Positions 40,031 through 54,153 of a stretch of DNA of 64,000 bases are shown in pieces. Under the pieces are notes generated by a model. The model saw only the letters and a list, made by a program, of their open reading frames with translations, made no database searches and was not told the origin of the DNA. The stretch lies in contig CM022669.1 of NCBI GenBank assembly GCA_012295275.1, positions 17,732,001 through 17,796,000 on the forward strand, read 5' to 3'. The number at the start of each line of letters is the position of its first letter. Position 1 is the stretch's first letter. The stretch comes from Chrysomallon squamiferum. Taxonomy: Eukaryota; Animalia; Mollusca. The position numbers were made by a program, and so were the translations under genes.

Positions 40031-41128
40031 ATTTCTGCGGAACCGCTCGTCCGTCTTCTGTCTGTCCATCATGACCGATTTGAAACTTTCTCGACATTCT
40101 CTACAAATGCTGTAACTCAGTCGTTACATTCGTTGCGTTAACCTTAATATTAATAATAATAGTCAACTTCACTGACTCGAGGTGGCGTTTAATATGCATG
40201 CATTTAATAAACATTTATAAAGCAGTGATTATACAGTGCAAATCACCTCAGTGTATACCACAACGTGCCCACCTTGTGATTATGAATAATTCTTATAAAT
40301 AAATAAATAAATAAATAGTAATAACAACAAGAAGAAAAATAATAGAACTGCATTATTTGTGCTATTTTTTATTTCGTTATTTTTTTTTTCCCCATTAACA
40401 TCAGAGAATCATAATGATTCTTTAAATATTCTTCGGGCAGTGGGTGGGACGAGAAAAATAACTTAAAGGCGTATCAATGGAGAAGATACCGATCTTCCAG
40501 AGTCCTGTCCTGTGAATGTAATACAAGAACGAGTTACAGCAAATTCTCCCTGTCATTAGAACGCAGAAGACTCAGCTGAATGCACCGGAAATTTAAACGC
40601 ATCAAGAGGACGCTTGAGATCTGTCACGATGGACAATGGCCGAACGGTACTTCGGACAGCTTCTTTCACACAGGTGTCACTTTGATTGAAACGTCCACGG
40701 TCGGTACAGACAACAGCGACAGGTAAAAATTACAACGTCAGACAACAACGGCAGGGGTAAAAATTAACTATTCACGACCCATTCGCGGACAGACGCTTTC
40801 GTTAAACTGACAAACGTAGAACATCGTAACACCTGCAATCTGGCGATCCACTCGATTACGACTACCACGGCAGCCGCGCTGACTGTCTGCGCCGCTCACG
40901 GCGTCGTTGTGACACGCGCTAATTTATTTCATTGACGTGTCGCTGTGGGTCGTCTGCTCATTCGGGAAAGGTCGTCTGCCCATTCATCGTTCGTGGATAA
41001 TCGGATTGTCAAGTTAAATTGCCGACGTGTTAGTAGGGTGTCACAGATCCTATTTAGTTAAAAACGACATGAACGTTAAATTCAGAAGCGACCGACTTAA
41101 AAGTAAAGAACACTAAGATCTTTGTTTA

Positions 41129-41170
<42 letters not shown>

Positions 41171-42221
41171 TCTGTATTTTTTTTTCTAAGGTTTTTTAAA
41201 ATAAATATTTAAGGTGTTCTACTACATACGAATGTAGAAAATTAGTACGACATATTTGGAAAGACGTGTAGAACGACACATTCATACTACATAATTATAA
41301 CAAACTGTGATGACTGGACAAACAGGCAGCAAACAAATATAGATAAACATAAATATACAGACATACACACAGGTAGACAGGCCTAGGGACAGGCAGAGAT
41401 ACATACAGATAAAGATAGAAACGTATATATCGACAGTCAGAGATACAGATATTAAGTAGATATAAAACAATTCTACGACTTCAATAGTTGCATTTTTTTT
41501 AAATAAGAAAATGAATAAACTAAACGTACAGCACAAGTGCTTTGATGCCGCTACATTTTGCATCTGGACCGAGCGTCCTAACGTTAAACAAGAGCTGGCT
41601 TCACCCTTCATGGTGGTCCAAAGAAAACAAACATTGATTGTGAGCTCGAGCTGGTGTTATTGTGTCACTGACTGAAGTAAAGACGCGTGTTTGTTCCTGC
41701 TAACGTGTAAATCTGCCGACCACATACCTAACAACATTTTACGAAGGTAGGTGAAAGCTTGAAATTGAAAATAATTTTAAAAAAAAAGCTTTAAAAAGAC
41801 CTCTGTGATTGAAGAGTGTCAGAAAATAAAATGATGATTGTGAAAGATACGCGATAAAAAGCAGATGAGAACTAACAGACGGGAATCAGAGAGTCAGATT
41901 TTATTATCGTAACAACAACAACAACAACAACGTTGAAACTAAATATAACTTCTAAAGATTCGTCTGGCAGAACCTGGCTTTCTTGATGATGGGTTAAAAA
42001 TGCATGTGTGTTTCATCTTGCTTAAAACGTTATAAACAGGTATAGACTTGTATCATCTGAAAATAAATATTAACATAAAAGAGGAATATATTCACCTTCC
42101 TGTAAGGTTCTACAAGCGAATTCTTTTAGTAAATCTTAAGAAAAAAAAAACCCACAAACAAATAAATAAATAAATAATAAGAATAATATTAAACGGAACA
42201 GGATAAAAAAATAATAATGAA

Positions 42222-42302
<81 letters not shown>

Positions 42303-42863
42303 CAATAATAATAAATATTGATAATAATAATAATAATAATAATAAAAGCCTTACGTATTACAAATTAAACAGTGTTGGTTACCATTGCTGTTGGAACATA
42401 CGTGTCAAAATTATACGTACTGTATTCACGACTCTGCTAAATGGAAGTAGAACCTCTATACTTGTCGCAGGGTCCACCCTAATTGATGTCATAGCAAGTT
42501 CTTTTAAGATATGCATAATGTAAAATAAACAGGGCATTAAATAAATAACTGATTAACATGGCACGCTGAAGTGGCAGCCGAGAAAACATTCAAATCAGTG
42601 AATACCAGGGAATTGGTTTTCATGCGTATCTTGAATTTTAACAGAAAATTATTTGCAGAACGTCCCAGCGAATGTTTTTTTTTTTTTTTTTTTATTATTG
42701 TTATTTTTAATTTTTTTATTCTGTAAGTGTAATAGAATATTTAATTTCCAATTTGCAGCTAAATAGTTTGTTGGGGTTTTTTTAGTTTTTTTTTGTTTAG
42801 TTTTTTGTTTACGTAAAATAAAAATGAAGGCCTATTCTAACTGATTTACGAAATATATTCAAA

Positions 42864-42958
<95 letters not shown>

Positions 42959-43670
42959 TTTTTTTTTTCTTTTTTTTTTTTTCTTTCTTTTATTTGTTTA
43001 GTATTTCTGTTTGTTTTTTTTTTTTTTTTATTTTCTTTATTATTATTATTATTATTTTCTCTCTTCTCTTTTTTTGTAGTTAACGGCAGCAATTATTAAG
43101 CAATTTACAAAGCACTCGGCTTGGTTAACTCCTGAAAGCGGAAGTGACAATCATACAGCTGGACGTTCTTAAATTATTTTATTTTACACATAGTTTGTTC
43201 TCTGTGTCTGTGTGTCTACCAGTCTCTAATTTCCTTCCTGCCACCAGTCATTTACATTAGACAGAAAGCATACAAATACTCTCGTGGTATCTGATATATC
43301 AGAGGTGTACACTGACAATGACAGATCTGTCTGCACCTCACGAATATTGAGATTTCGATCACTCTTTCTAGGGAACAAAGGTTTTGACCATTACAGCGAT
43401 ATCTCTTTCTCTCTCTAGGTCTCTCTGTCTCTTTCTCTTTCTTAATATTTGTCTGTTTCTTTCTTTGTCTCGCTGGCCCTCTGTCTAGTTCTATCTAACT
43501 ATCTCTTTCTAACTCTCTCATTCAGTCACAAATTTGATCGCTCTCTCTTACTCTTTATCTATTTAGCTATCCATATCTTTTTATCTCTCTCTTTCCTTCT
43601 TTGTTTAAATCTGTCTCTCTGGCAGCCTTTCTAAGTATATGAATCTATCTCTCACAAACAAACAGACACA

Positions 43671-43709
<39 letters not shown>

Positions 43710-45416
43710 ACACGGACACAGACACATACAAAGGAAATCAAGAACTATCATATAGAACAGATTCACACTGTATTCTATTCTGGACAGACTCCCCCCTTCC
43801 CCTTCCCCTCTCCTGTCCCGGAACCCATCCCTGGCGATCCCAGAGATCGGATCCGTGATAGGCGTGCCTGAACCTTGAATTGGACGTGGGCACGTAAAAA
43901 GAGTTTCCATTCCATTCTGGACAGACTTCTCTAAACTGGACTCCACACTCTTACTCGTTGTGCTTTAGCGTAAGTTGCAAAGCATTAGACCTGATCTAAA
44001 CGGAAAGAGAATCTGTTTTAACAGCATTCTATTAACCCGAGGCAGCCATCCATACTTAAACGTGAAGAAGCCAATTACGTTGCACTATAGAACAGAAGGC
44101 AAAGACATCACCGCTGTAACTTTGTTTGACGAAAAGAACATTGGAGAGACAAGGAGCAAACAGTGTAGAATCAACAATCAGCAGTCAAACAGCAGTCAGC
44201 AGTCTATTAGCAGAAACTCTGTCACATGTAAAGATGCAAAACTGCAAGGATTTAGAATTTTTTCAAAGCGTTCGAACAGAAAGCAAAATCAAAATGACTT
44301 CATAAAAATGAAAGGTCTGTGGTTAAGATGGAACCAAAGGGAACATGAAGATTAAATATTTTATAAACAAGATACATGGTTCTTCTCATTTGGAATTAAT
44401 ACAGGTTATCATTACTACACTAATAAAATCATATATATATATAATACACCTACATATGACAAACAGACACGTTTTCATTTTCATTTTCAGTATATACGGT
44501 GCTACTGTACATAAACTCTGTGTGTGTGAGTTACATATAAGTATGTGGTTTGTAATAAATAAAAACTGGGTGAAAGACTGTTTAACGAATTGGAAACTGG
44601 ATATAGCCAACTTACCAGAAAAACTCCGAAAATCTTAACGACACGCATTCTCTGTCTCCACAGCCTTCTGTGTTTACTGCAGCCGTTTTTGATTCAAATC
44701 AGCTCTGTCGAATTACTGTTCACCGATATACATTACAAACTCAACCTTATCAGTTCCACAGCATTTACCTTTCAAACACGCATTGGCAAGGAGTTAAAGT
44801 ATCCAATTTTGTAAAGAATAAGTTCCAGTTCTTAAAAGAAAAAAGAAATCCTGAGAAAATTGTCTGCAAAATGATGAGAGTTTTGTTTGAAATAATCCAA
44901 CGAAAACTGTCGGCCGAAAGATAAAAGTTTTGAACGAATAATCCAGTTTTTGTTTAAAATTTTTTTTTTTTTATTTTTTTAAAGTTTTAGTGTAAGCGGA
45001 TCTTCGTAGATTTATAAGCACTTCGTGAAAAACACGATTCTAATATACGATTGTGTCAGATAGAAATTAACTTCTTTATTCAAGTACCATCCATGAAAAA
45101 GAGCGATAACGGTCCTGTCCACCTGTCTTGAGTGGCTCTTGTCGTTTCCCCAAGCAAGTCCCTCGCAGCCAGCCAGGTTTTAAACTGGGCAGACATCCAC
45201 TTGACGTTCGGTCACACACACAGACCCTCGCAGTCCAGCCCGGCAATGCGCAACACCCTCTCTCTTTCCGTGTCGTCTGTCTGCGCGCGTCGCCAAACCC
45301 AACAAAAAAATCCGCTCTCTCATTGGAGAGCTCGTGTTGACAGTTGGTCGTATGTTTGGTTTACACCTCTTGCTACTGATAAAAAGAGGTGAGAGAGAGA
45401 GAGAGATCGAGAGAGG

Positions 45417-45487
<71 letters not shown>

Positions 45488-45587
45488 GATAGACAGATAG
45501 CCAGAGAGATGTAGATAGATAGATAGATATAGATAGATAGAGATATAAATAGATAAGTACATAGATTGTATGGATAGACAGATAGAG

Positions 45588-45672
<85 letters not shown>

Positions 45673-46134
45673 GTATTCAGATACACTGGAAAGGTGAAGT
45701 AACACTACACGTGCGTGTTACAGTCCAATAATTTAAGATAGCGTTAACTTCCCGGCGTTGTGTTGATGTGTCAAATACTTGATATTCACGGAAACAAGAA
45801 GCCGTTAAATTAAAACGTGTTCAGAGAAACGGACTGTTGGCTGCGGCCGGGATATCAGGGGAAACGTGGCACGGCTTTTCATGGGTTCATTTCCAGCACG
45901 TATTCTTTAAATTTTTATTTCAAAAGACCTCTGTCGGGCTGGTCTCCCATGGTCTGTGGGAAACTGATAGCCCGTTTAACACATTCGCTTTTTCCGTCTC
46001 CAGTGTAGAGTTTCGTAACAGAAGTCTGAATGCCGAAGTGTACGTAATAGTTTATTTATCACTGTTCTCCTCTTCCTCGGTCATTATCAGGTTTCAGTCT
46101 GATATCAGTCACTTTAAAATGTGGATGCTGCAGC

Positions 46135-47590
46135 AGTAATCTATCATTATATAAAATGCACTTAATACGAATATAAACAACCTAAACTGATGTGAAGTTG
46201 ACATAATGTAGAAATACAGAAGTCGTCTAACCTGGAATAACGTACATTTAATGTAGAAATATAGCAGTAACCTAACACTTATAAGGTACACTTAACCAAG
46301 AAATAAAATAATCTAACCCGGTGTAACGTACAGTTAACACAGAAATACAATAATCTAATCTGATGTACACTTAATATAGAATTTTGAATTATTTACCTAT
46401 ACATATGCATATAATAAGTAATTTATCGAACTAAATATAGTTCCGTCTCACAAAACTATATTTTTGGTGAGTGCCCGAAAATATAGACATTTATTTAGTA
46501 ATCATATCTTCCAAGATATGATTACAAGATAAATGTCTGTATATATATATATATAAGCATTAGTTTAATAACTTCTGGTAGGTCTTGTGACCCTAAGTTC
46601 ATTTGGAATCACCCAAGTCTATTTCAGAAACTTCATCTTTTTTTCTTTAGAAGTTACATTTCAGGAAAATGGCATGTTGTAGATACTGTAAAAAAAAAAA
46701 AAAAAAAAAAAACCTCTTATGCTCTTTCTTCAATATCTGCGATTTATGTTCTGTTTTCCTTTGTTTTATTGCTTACCTGTTATTGTTTTGTGGTGGTTGT
46801 TTTGGGGGTTGTTTTTTGTGTATATATATATTTAGTTTTTAGTTTTTGTTATTATTATCATTTCTTTTTATTTTGTTCTTGTATTTATGTTCTATGTTAA
46901 CCTCATTTAACTTTTTATTGGTCTACTGTTGTTTGTTTTCTTTGGATGTATTTGTTTTGTTGTTTATTGATTTATTATATACTCTATACTGTATGTAGAA
47001 ACACAACGGTATTCTATCCTCACATATAGCAGTAACCTAAATTTATATAATGTACACGTAATTTAGAAATACAGCTGTAACCTAAACTCACATAACATAG
47101 ACCTAATTTAGATATACAGCAGTAGTCTAAATTCATATAACGTAGCTGTAATTTAGAAATACAGCAGCAATCTAAACTCCTATAACGTACATTAATTTAG
47201 ATATACAGCAGTAGTCTAAATTCATACAGAAATACAGAAGTAATCTAACATTATATAATTAATACGTAATGCAGAAAAAAACAGAGGTAATCTAACCTCA
47301 TATAACAAACACTAATGTAGAAATACAAGTGTAATCTTTACTCATAATGTAGAAATACAGAAGTAATCTAATCTTATGTAACGTTCATTTAATATAGAAA
47401 TACAGCAGTAATCTAAACTTGTATATCGTAACGTACAAATACTGAAATAATCTAGTCATATAAGAACACGTAACAGAAGTAATCTAAATTCATATAACGT
47501 ATATTTGATATAGAAATACAGTAGTCATATAACCTTATATAACGTACATTTAATGTAGAAATACTGCAGGAATCTAACCTGACGTAACAC
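46135..47590. repeat. Degenerate ~45-bp minisatellite in two blocks (about 46135-46385 and 47020-47590)
   Basis: Consensus approximately aatgtagaaatacagcagtaatctaaacttatataacgtacattt. Confidence 0.8.
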
Positions 47591-48208
47591 GCTGTGATCT
47601 ATTTATTTATTTGTTTTAAAATATATATATATACATTATTCCCATCTTCTTCCTAACGTAACTTCCCGTTGGCTTTCGCGAACAGCTTTATGAGAAAACA
47701 AAAACGTGTTATTCCAAACAGAGCAGCAGAGTTTATGACATCGATTCCCAGAGCACCGACAAATTACCTTTTAACAATAACGTTATTTTTTCTCTCTCTC
47801 TCTCAAACACATAATCGAACACACCTCGCGTCTTGCAATATCAAACACACCTGATTGTTTTTCTGATCGTTGATGGATGCAAGCCACGTGTGACACCTTC
47901 AAACTAAACAAACAGCCTCTTGCACTGTTTCTAATCACCACAGACAACGCAGGAGAAAGCTATCAACTTGACTTGCCCTGATTGAAAACTGAAACAAAGT
48001 AAAGTGTGAAGAAAACAAATCAGGTCTCCTGACTTCGTGTTTCGTCTGCCGAACTCAACAACAGATCCACTGGTGGGTTGGCGCGCGAGGTTTTAAAATA
48101 TAACATGGCCACCAAGTTTCTCTTTCCTTCTTTATCTCTTTTTTACTTACTCTGCGTGCCCTCTTTTTTGTCTGCATCTTTATCGTTATCTTTGCATAAC
48201 AGATATAT

Positions 48209-48316
<108 letters not shown>

Positions 48317-49039
48317 CCTCTCTCCCCCTCTATTTCTATTCCTCTCCTTTGCATCTAAAATATATTGTTTCAATATAACTATTTTTAAAGATTGCCCCGA
48401 TTTCTCCAAAATTAAATGTGACAAATTCTGGGGTATAGTTGTATATTGACGTATATTTGTATAACCTATCCACTGATAAATTCGCTTGTTGTAAATCATG
48501 TAATATACTACTTGTATATCTGCAGCTCTTTTTACAACAAAATACTTCATTTATGAACTGGAAATATGATACAAAATAATGGAACATTGAAGAAAAACTA
48601 TCTAATTCCAATCTCAGCAGAAGAAAACAACACTTTTTTCTCCTTTTTAAATGGATTTAAAATGAACCTCGAAGTCTTGTCAGAAAAGGAGATATATTAT
48701 CCACACGATACAGACAACTGAATCCATATTAATGACATAAGGAGAAGTTACGAATCGTATTGCTGCTGCTTAATGGGTATAGTGTGTGTCTGTAATTGCA
48801 GTTTTGGATTCAGTTACATGCGTATTCCAAGCAAAGCATCTGCAGTCTGACTTACGGCTTTCTATTTAATGGCAGAGTACACGAGAATGAAATATTATCT
48901 TGCATTACGTACGAAGATGCACGAATACTCGTAAACTTAAATTCGGATAGGCAGAGTTGGTTAGGGAAATGGAGAGATGAAAGATGAACGAATAGTGGAA
49001 ATAATTGAAAAAGGAATGGAGGAAGAAAGCGAGACAGAA

Positions 49040-49152
<113 letters not shown>

Positions 49153-50138
49153 ACAAAAAAGAGTAAAATAGTAATCAGCGAGAGTAATAAAGTGACAGAA
49201 AGTTTCAAACACTCAAAACAAAAAATTAAATAAAAAAATAAAACAAAAAAATATACAAAAAATATAAATAAATAAATAAATAAAACTTGTCCCACAGCGT
49301 TGGAGACGGACTCACAGACAATGAAACAAACGTTGAAGGTATTTCACTGAAATTAGGCTGCATTTTCTTTGACCCTTTGACGGGCGGCTTGGCTCTGCCT
49401 GTTAGAACTGTATCCGTTCCCTCGCACAAAGCGTTCTGTTGACGAATGGATCAGCATTATGACCGGTCGGTCGGTGTTTGAACTGTTCGCCCTTTCTTCC
49501 GGTCCCACTAAAGTGTTATTCTTGTCAGGTAGAGATTTCTCAGGGAGAAAGTATCTTGATAAGACTTGTGTCAATATGTCCAATCTGGCTTGTACTCCTG
49601 GACAATAACCCGTCAGTTTCTGTGTTGTCTGTTTCCCAAGCTGTCTGGCTCTCTGACGTCTTTCTGATTCTGTTAGCGTTTTCTACGTTTGTCACCCAGT
49701 CACATTAGCGCGTCTTATTTAAAGAGCATTAAAAGAAAAATTAACACAGTTTTATGTCGCCTGTGGACATACGGAAACACGTAACATTCATTTTGGTTGT
49801 CATATTTGGTTATTTACTTAGCTATGTAAAAAATCGAGTTTTTTTTTTTTTTTTAACTATTTCTTTCATATTTAACTGATATTCGAGAATAAATCTTTTA
49901 CCAGTCCTTTTTTATACTTTTATTTTTATTTATTTATTTTTTTCCAATAATTGTCTTTTGGGTTATTACAATTATTCGCTAAGCTTCTTCGCTAACAAAA
50001 TATAAATCAGTTGGCTGATGCTGAGAAACCCCTTTCTAATATCTGTCTGCAAAACAGAAGACATCTGAACAACAAAATATTAAAGCAGTTCAGTTTATGT
50101 TCGTCAAAACGTTTTGGCAGAACTGATTTAGCGTAAAA

Positions 50139-50178
<40 letters not shown>

Positions 50179-51088
50179 AGTAAATGGGTAAACAATTCTT
50201 ATCGACTGTTTGTCCGGATATACCAACTCTGTAATATACAGCTCTTCAGAATCGGCGACGCCAGAGAATATTCAATTTCAGATTTGTTATCTTAATTTTC
50301 GAGTCAATATACCGGGGATGTTTAACGCCTCCATTAATCCCTTTTTGCGTAAAGTGATTGTCAAGACATGAAACAGTACGAGCTACAGAGCAACTTGGCG
50401 TTTCGATGTTTGCTACATCAACACATCGCTCTTCTGCCAGTTTATCAGCTGCTACCATGCTGCTGTCACTGATATTCTTCCGCGTTACGCTCAACACGTC
50501 TAGGAATGATGGGATATCAAAGTGAAAAGAGAGGCATTGTAGATGTGTCGTTGTTTACGTTGTAACCAATCTGAGATTATTTAAGAATAAATGACGTTTT
50601 CAGACATACTCCCATGTTTGAAGTCTTCGCTAGAAAGACTAATTAATAATGTAGAGTTATTTTTAAAACCTTCCTCTCTGTAACTTACAAAGTTTCTGAA
50701 TCAGAAATAAATTGTCTGTTGTTTTACATGTGGACATGTACTGGCAAATTTTTATTTTAATATGAACATGAACAACAACAACAACAACAACAACAAAAAA
50801 GGGGGATAGATGTTCGTACAATGTTAACTAACACTGAAATGTCAGCTTAACTCTTCCGATAAGAACTGTTAATGTAAACAATATATATTAATACACCTCC
50901 ACCCACGAAAATTTCATCGTAAAACATACTTGCATCACCACATAATTATGTCATCTATTTCGGTTTTAAATTTAAATGATAAGGTTCTTGATAAAAGTTA
51001 AAAGATGATATATATTTATAAAATCTGCAGTCTAAGCATTTTTTCCGTTTATCCGGGAATATACATATATACAGACATAGAGAGAGCG

Positions 51089-51188
<100 letters not shown>

Positions 51189-54061
51189 ACAGACAGACAA
51201 ACAGATGTAGCTATATATATATACATTAATCGAATAAAAGTATTTGAGAACATTTCTAGAAAGGGGAAAGACTATGACTACATACAGTAATGAAATATAA
51301 TCTTCCTGATAACATCTGCATGTTCGGTGACGGCTACAGTTTTCTCTGTATATGTATGTATGACTGCGTGCATATATCAATGTGTCAGTTTTTTGTGCAT
51401 GTACATGGGTACATATTTTTGCATTCGTTCATTCATTAAATCATTCAGTTGTTTTCATTCAAACAAATGACACAACACGTTGAGGCAGCCCAAAACGCTC
51501 ACAGTCATTCGAACAATGCACTTAATTGTCTTAAAGTAACTGCCGTATCTCGGGTTATCAAACCGACGATTGCTACTCGTTGTGAAAAGTAAAAGCAGGT
51601 TTCGGAGAAAAACTCCAAAACATATCTGGTGAAAAGACCACCATCAGTGACATGCAGTCGCCCTCTTAGTTCAGACTGTTTTGTTGCATCGGTTCTGACA
51701 GCGTTGAGTAAAATACCATTTATTTTCTCTGACACGAATTTTGCCCGTCGCTTGGTATTTTGTTTGTCGAGTTGAGACGGGGCTGCTTGTCTATGGCACT
51801 CATCTGTGAAACAAACAGTACTGGGTCTGAAGTGGGTGTTTTCAGAGGAAAAACGACGTGAACAACAATACTCTCGATGAGCCATTGTTTTCAGTTCTTG
51901 TTAGTAAAATAGTTATTTAAGTAACTGTTTTTGGGTTGTTGTTTTTTTGTAAACTATCTTTTAAGATTTAATTTAGTAAACGAGTTATTCAGTTATTCTT
52001 TTGACAAGTTGTGCTTTCTTTCCTACTCTTATTAAAAGTTTTATTCAGTTACGGTTTTATTGTCTGTTTGTTTGTTTGTTTGTTGTTGTTTTTGCGTTAA
52101 CTCGCATACATTATGAAACATCCACGTTTTGTCAGTGGTCAGATTGACTCTCTACTGTTTTGACTAGCTGAGCATAGAATTTCATTTCGGTAAAACAGTT
52201 CTTCCATTAAAATTTTTGACAAGTTTTGTTTCACTTTTAATAATATAAAAATAATTAATCAGTTATCGTTTTTGACAATTTTTTTTTTTTTTTTTTTTTT
52301 TTTGGAAGTAATTTGTGTTAGAGATTTCAAGGTCACAGAAAAGCATCTATTCTCACTAGATTACAAGGCAGTGTTTCCCGTGACATAAACTACTTATATG
52401 AAATACATACTTCAAACTGTTTTTCGAAAACCATTATCTGTCACAGGAAAGAACAAAACTAATAATGAAACCGCAGTTAATCAAAGCAGGTGATGGGCGA
52501 CCAACGTAATGATGCAGATTTATTTTCACAAATTTCATGTAATCGTAAAATGCACTTTGATAAACTCCTGAGTCTGACATTTGCCTGCGTAATAATGTTA
52601 GTTATGTGAAACATATACTTTAATTGTGAGAGATCGTTTTCGTGTTATATAGTCTATTAGGAAGGTTATAGTTAACCTAATAAACAATAATATACTTGTC
52701 TGTATATCGCTGTCATTAAATTAATTTTTTTTTTTTACAGCTTTCCCGTCTTCATAGTTCTTTTCAACTAATCTTCCCTTCCTATGATGACAACTGTATA
52801 CATTTCCGTCTCTGTCTATGAAACGACACTTGTTTACATTCCTACCTATCTACCAGTTTGTCTGTCTCATTGTTTCGTTATGTACGTCCATGTGTGTTTT
52901 ACATATTGTTCATCTCTTTATCTCTACATACATACATTAGTACACACAATGTTTGTGTCTCTGAATCATACACCCATATATACTTATAATATACACACAT
53001 ACATATTAGATATATATCTATATATTACCCACATACATACATATACATACACATGCATTACATACAACGTACACATATAGGCCTACATAGTAGATACACA
53101 AACATGCATCCTAATCTAATCTATTTACACACTAAAACATTCAAAATCTTCATCTCAGTTAAAAACGTTTTTACTTCACTAGACCTAATGACTGCAGCGT
53201 ATCATCTTTTCTCCTTGTCTCTCTGTTTGTTCGTCTGTGTGTCTGCCGATCTTGCTAAGTGTCTGTCAGCCTATCTTTCAACCCTTTTATCTATCTTTTA
53301 TTTTTATTTACACACTCGAAACCAAACGACAAACTGTTTTCCTTTTCTTTCACTATTTACGGTTATTTCAGAGATAATACTATTGTACATCCCAAAGAGA
53401 CGACACCGACACTATTTTCCCTTGAGGATGAAACCACAAACAGACTCGGTAATATAAACAGCTCGAGGACGTCTACATCGTTAACAAAAGCTTACAGTTT
53501 CACATCACAGTTCCCCGGATGGCGTGTTGTTTTCTCTGAACACAACTAAACTGTTGGTCCACAAAAACGTAACAAAACACACGTCACTAAACCAACAACA
53601 GAGTTATCTTTTCCTGCCCTGGGTCAGGAGATCAGGATTTGTGACGACTGGGCGCGTATTTGTATTATCTTTTCTTTGCACTTTTCTCATATCATTATCC
53701 TTTGATGGGTGTCAGATTAAATTTTCATCTTCTTTTGTTATCTTCTTTAATTTACATTATTATTATTATTATTATATATAAAATAAATAATGTTAAAAAA
53801 AGTTTAAACAAAGATTAGTATATGGAATCAGTTAATATTTAACTAAAGTTCAGAAGCATAATGAAAGTATATATATGACGATTTTATTTCCACAGTAGGA
53901 AATTTTACTCAGCTAATTTACAGAAAGCTTAACTGTAACATATTTAATTCATACTTCGTTCATACTGTTTCTTATGACGTTATACAAAGGTTTCTATAAA
54001 GTGAGTGATAGTACAAATTAGAGAGATACAATATATTCTGTAAAAGAGAGACAGAGGCAAG

Positions 54062-54153
<92 letters not shown>

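Noticed and set aside
43975-44924. Non-repetitive plus-strand ORFs of 74-126 aa
   Set aside because: Non-ATG or weak starts, no recognisable domain and no convincing splice structure
46135-47590. CRISPR-like array
   Set aside because: Eukaryotic intron, degenerate contiguous units without unique spacers, no cas genes
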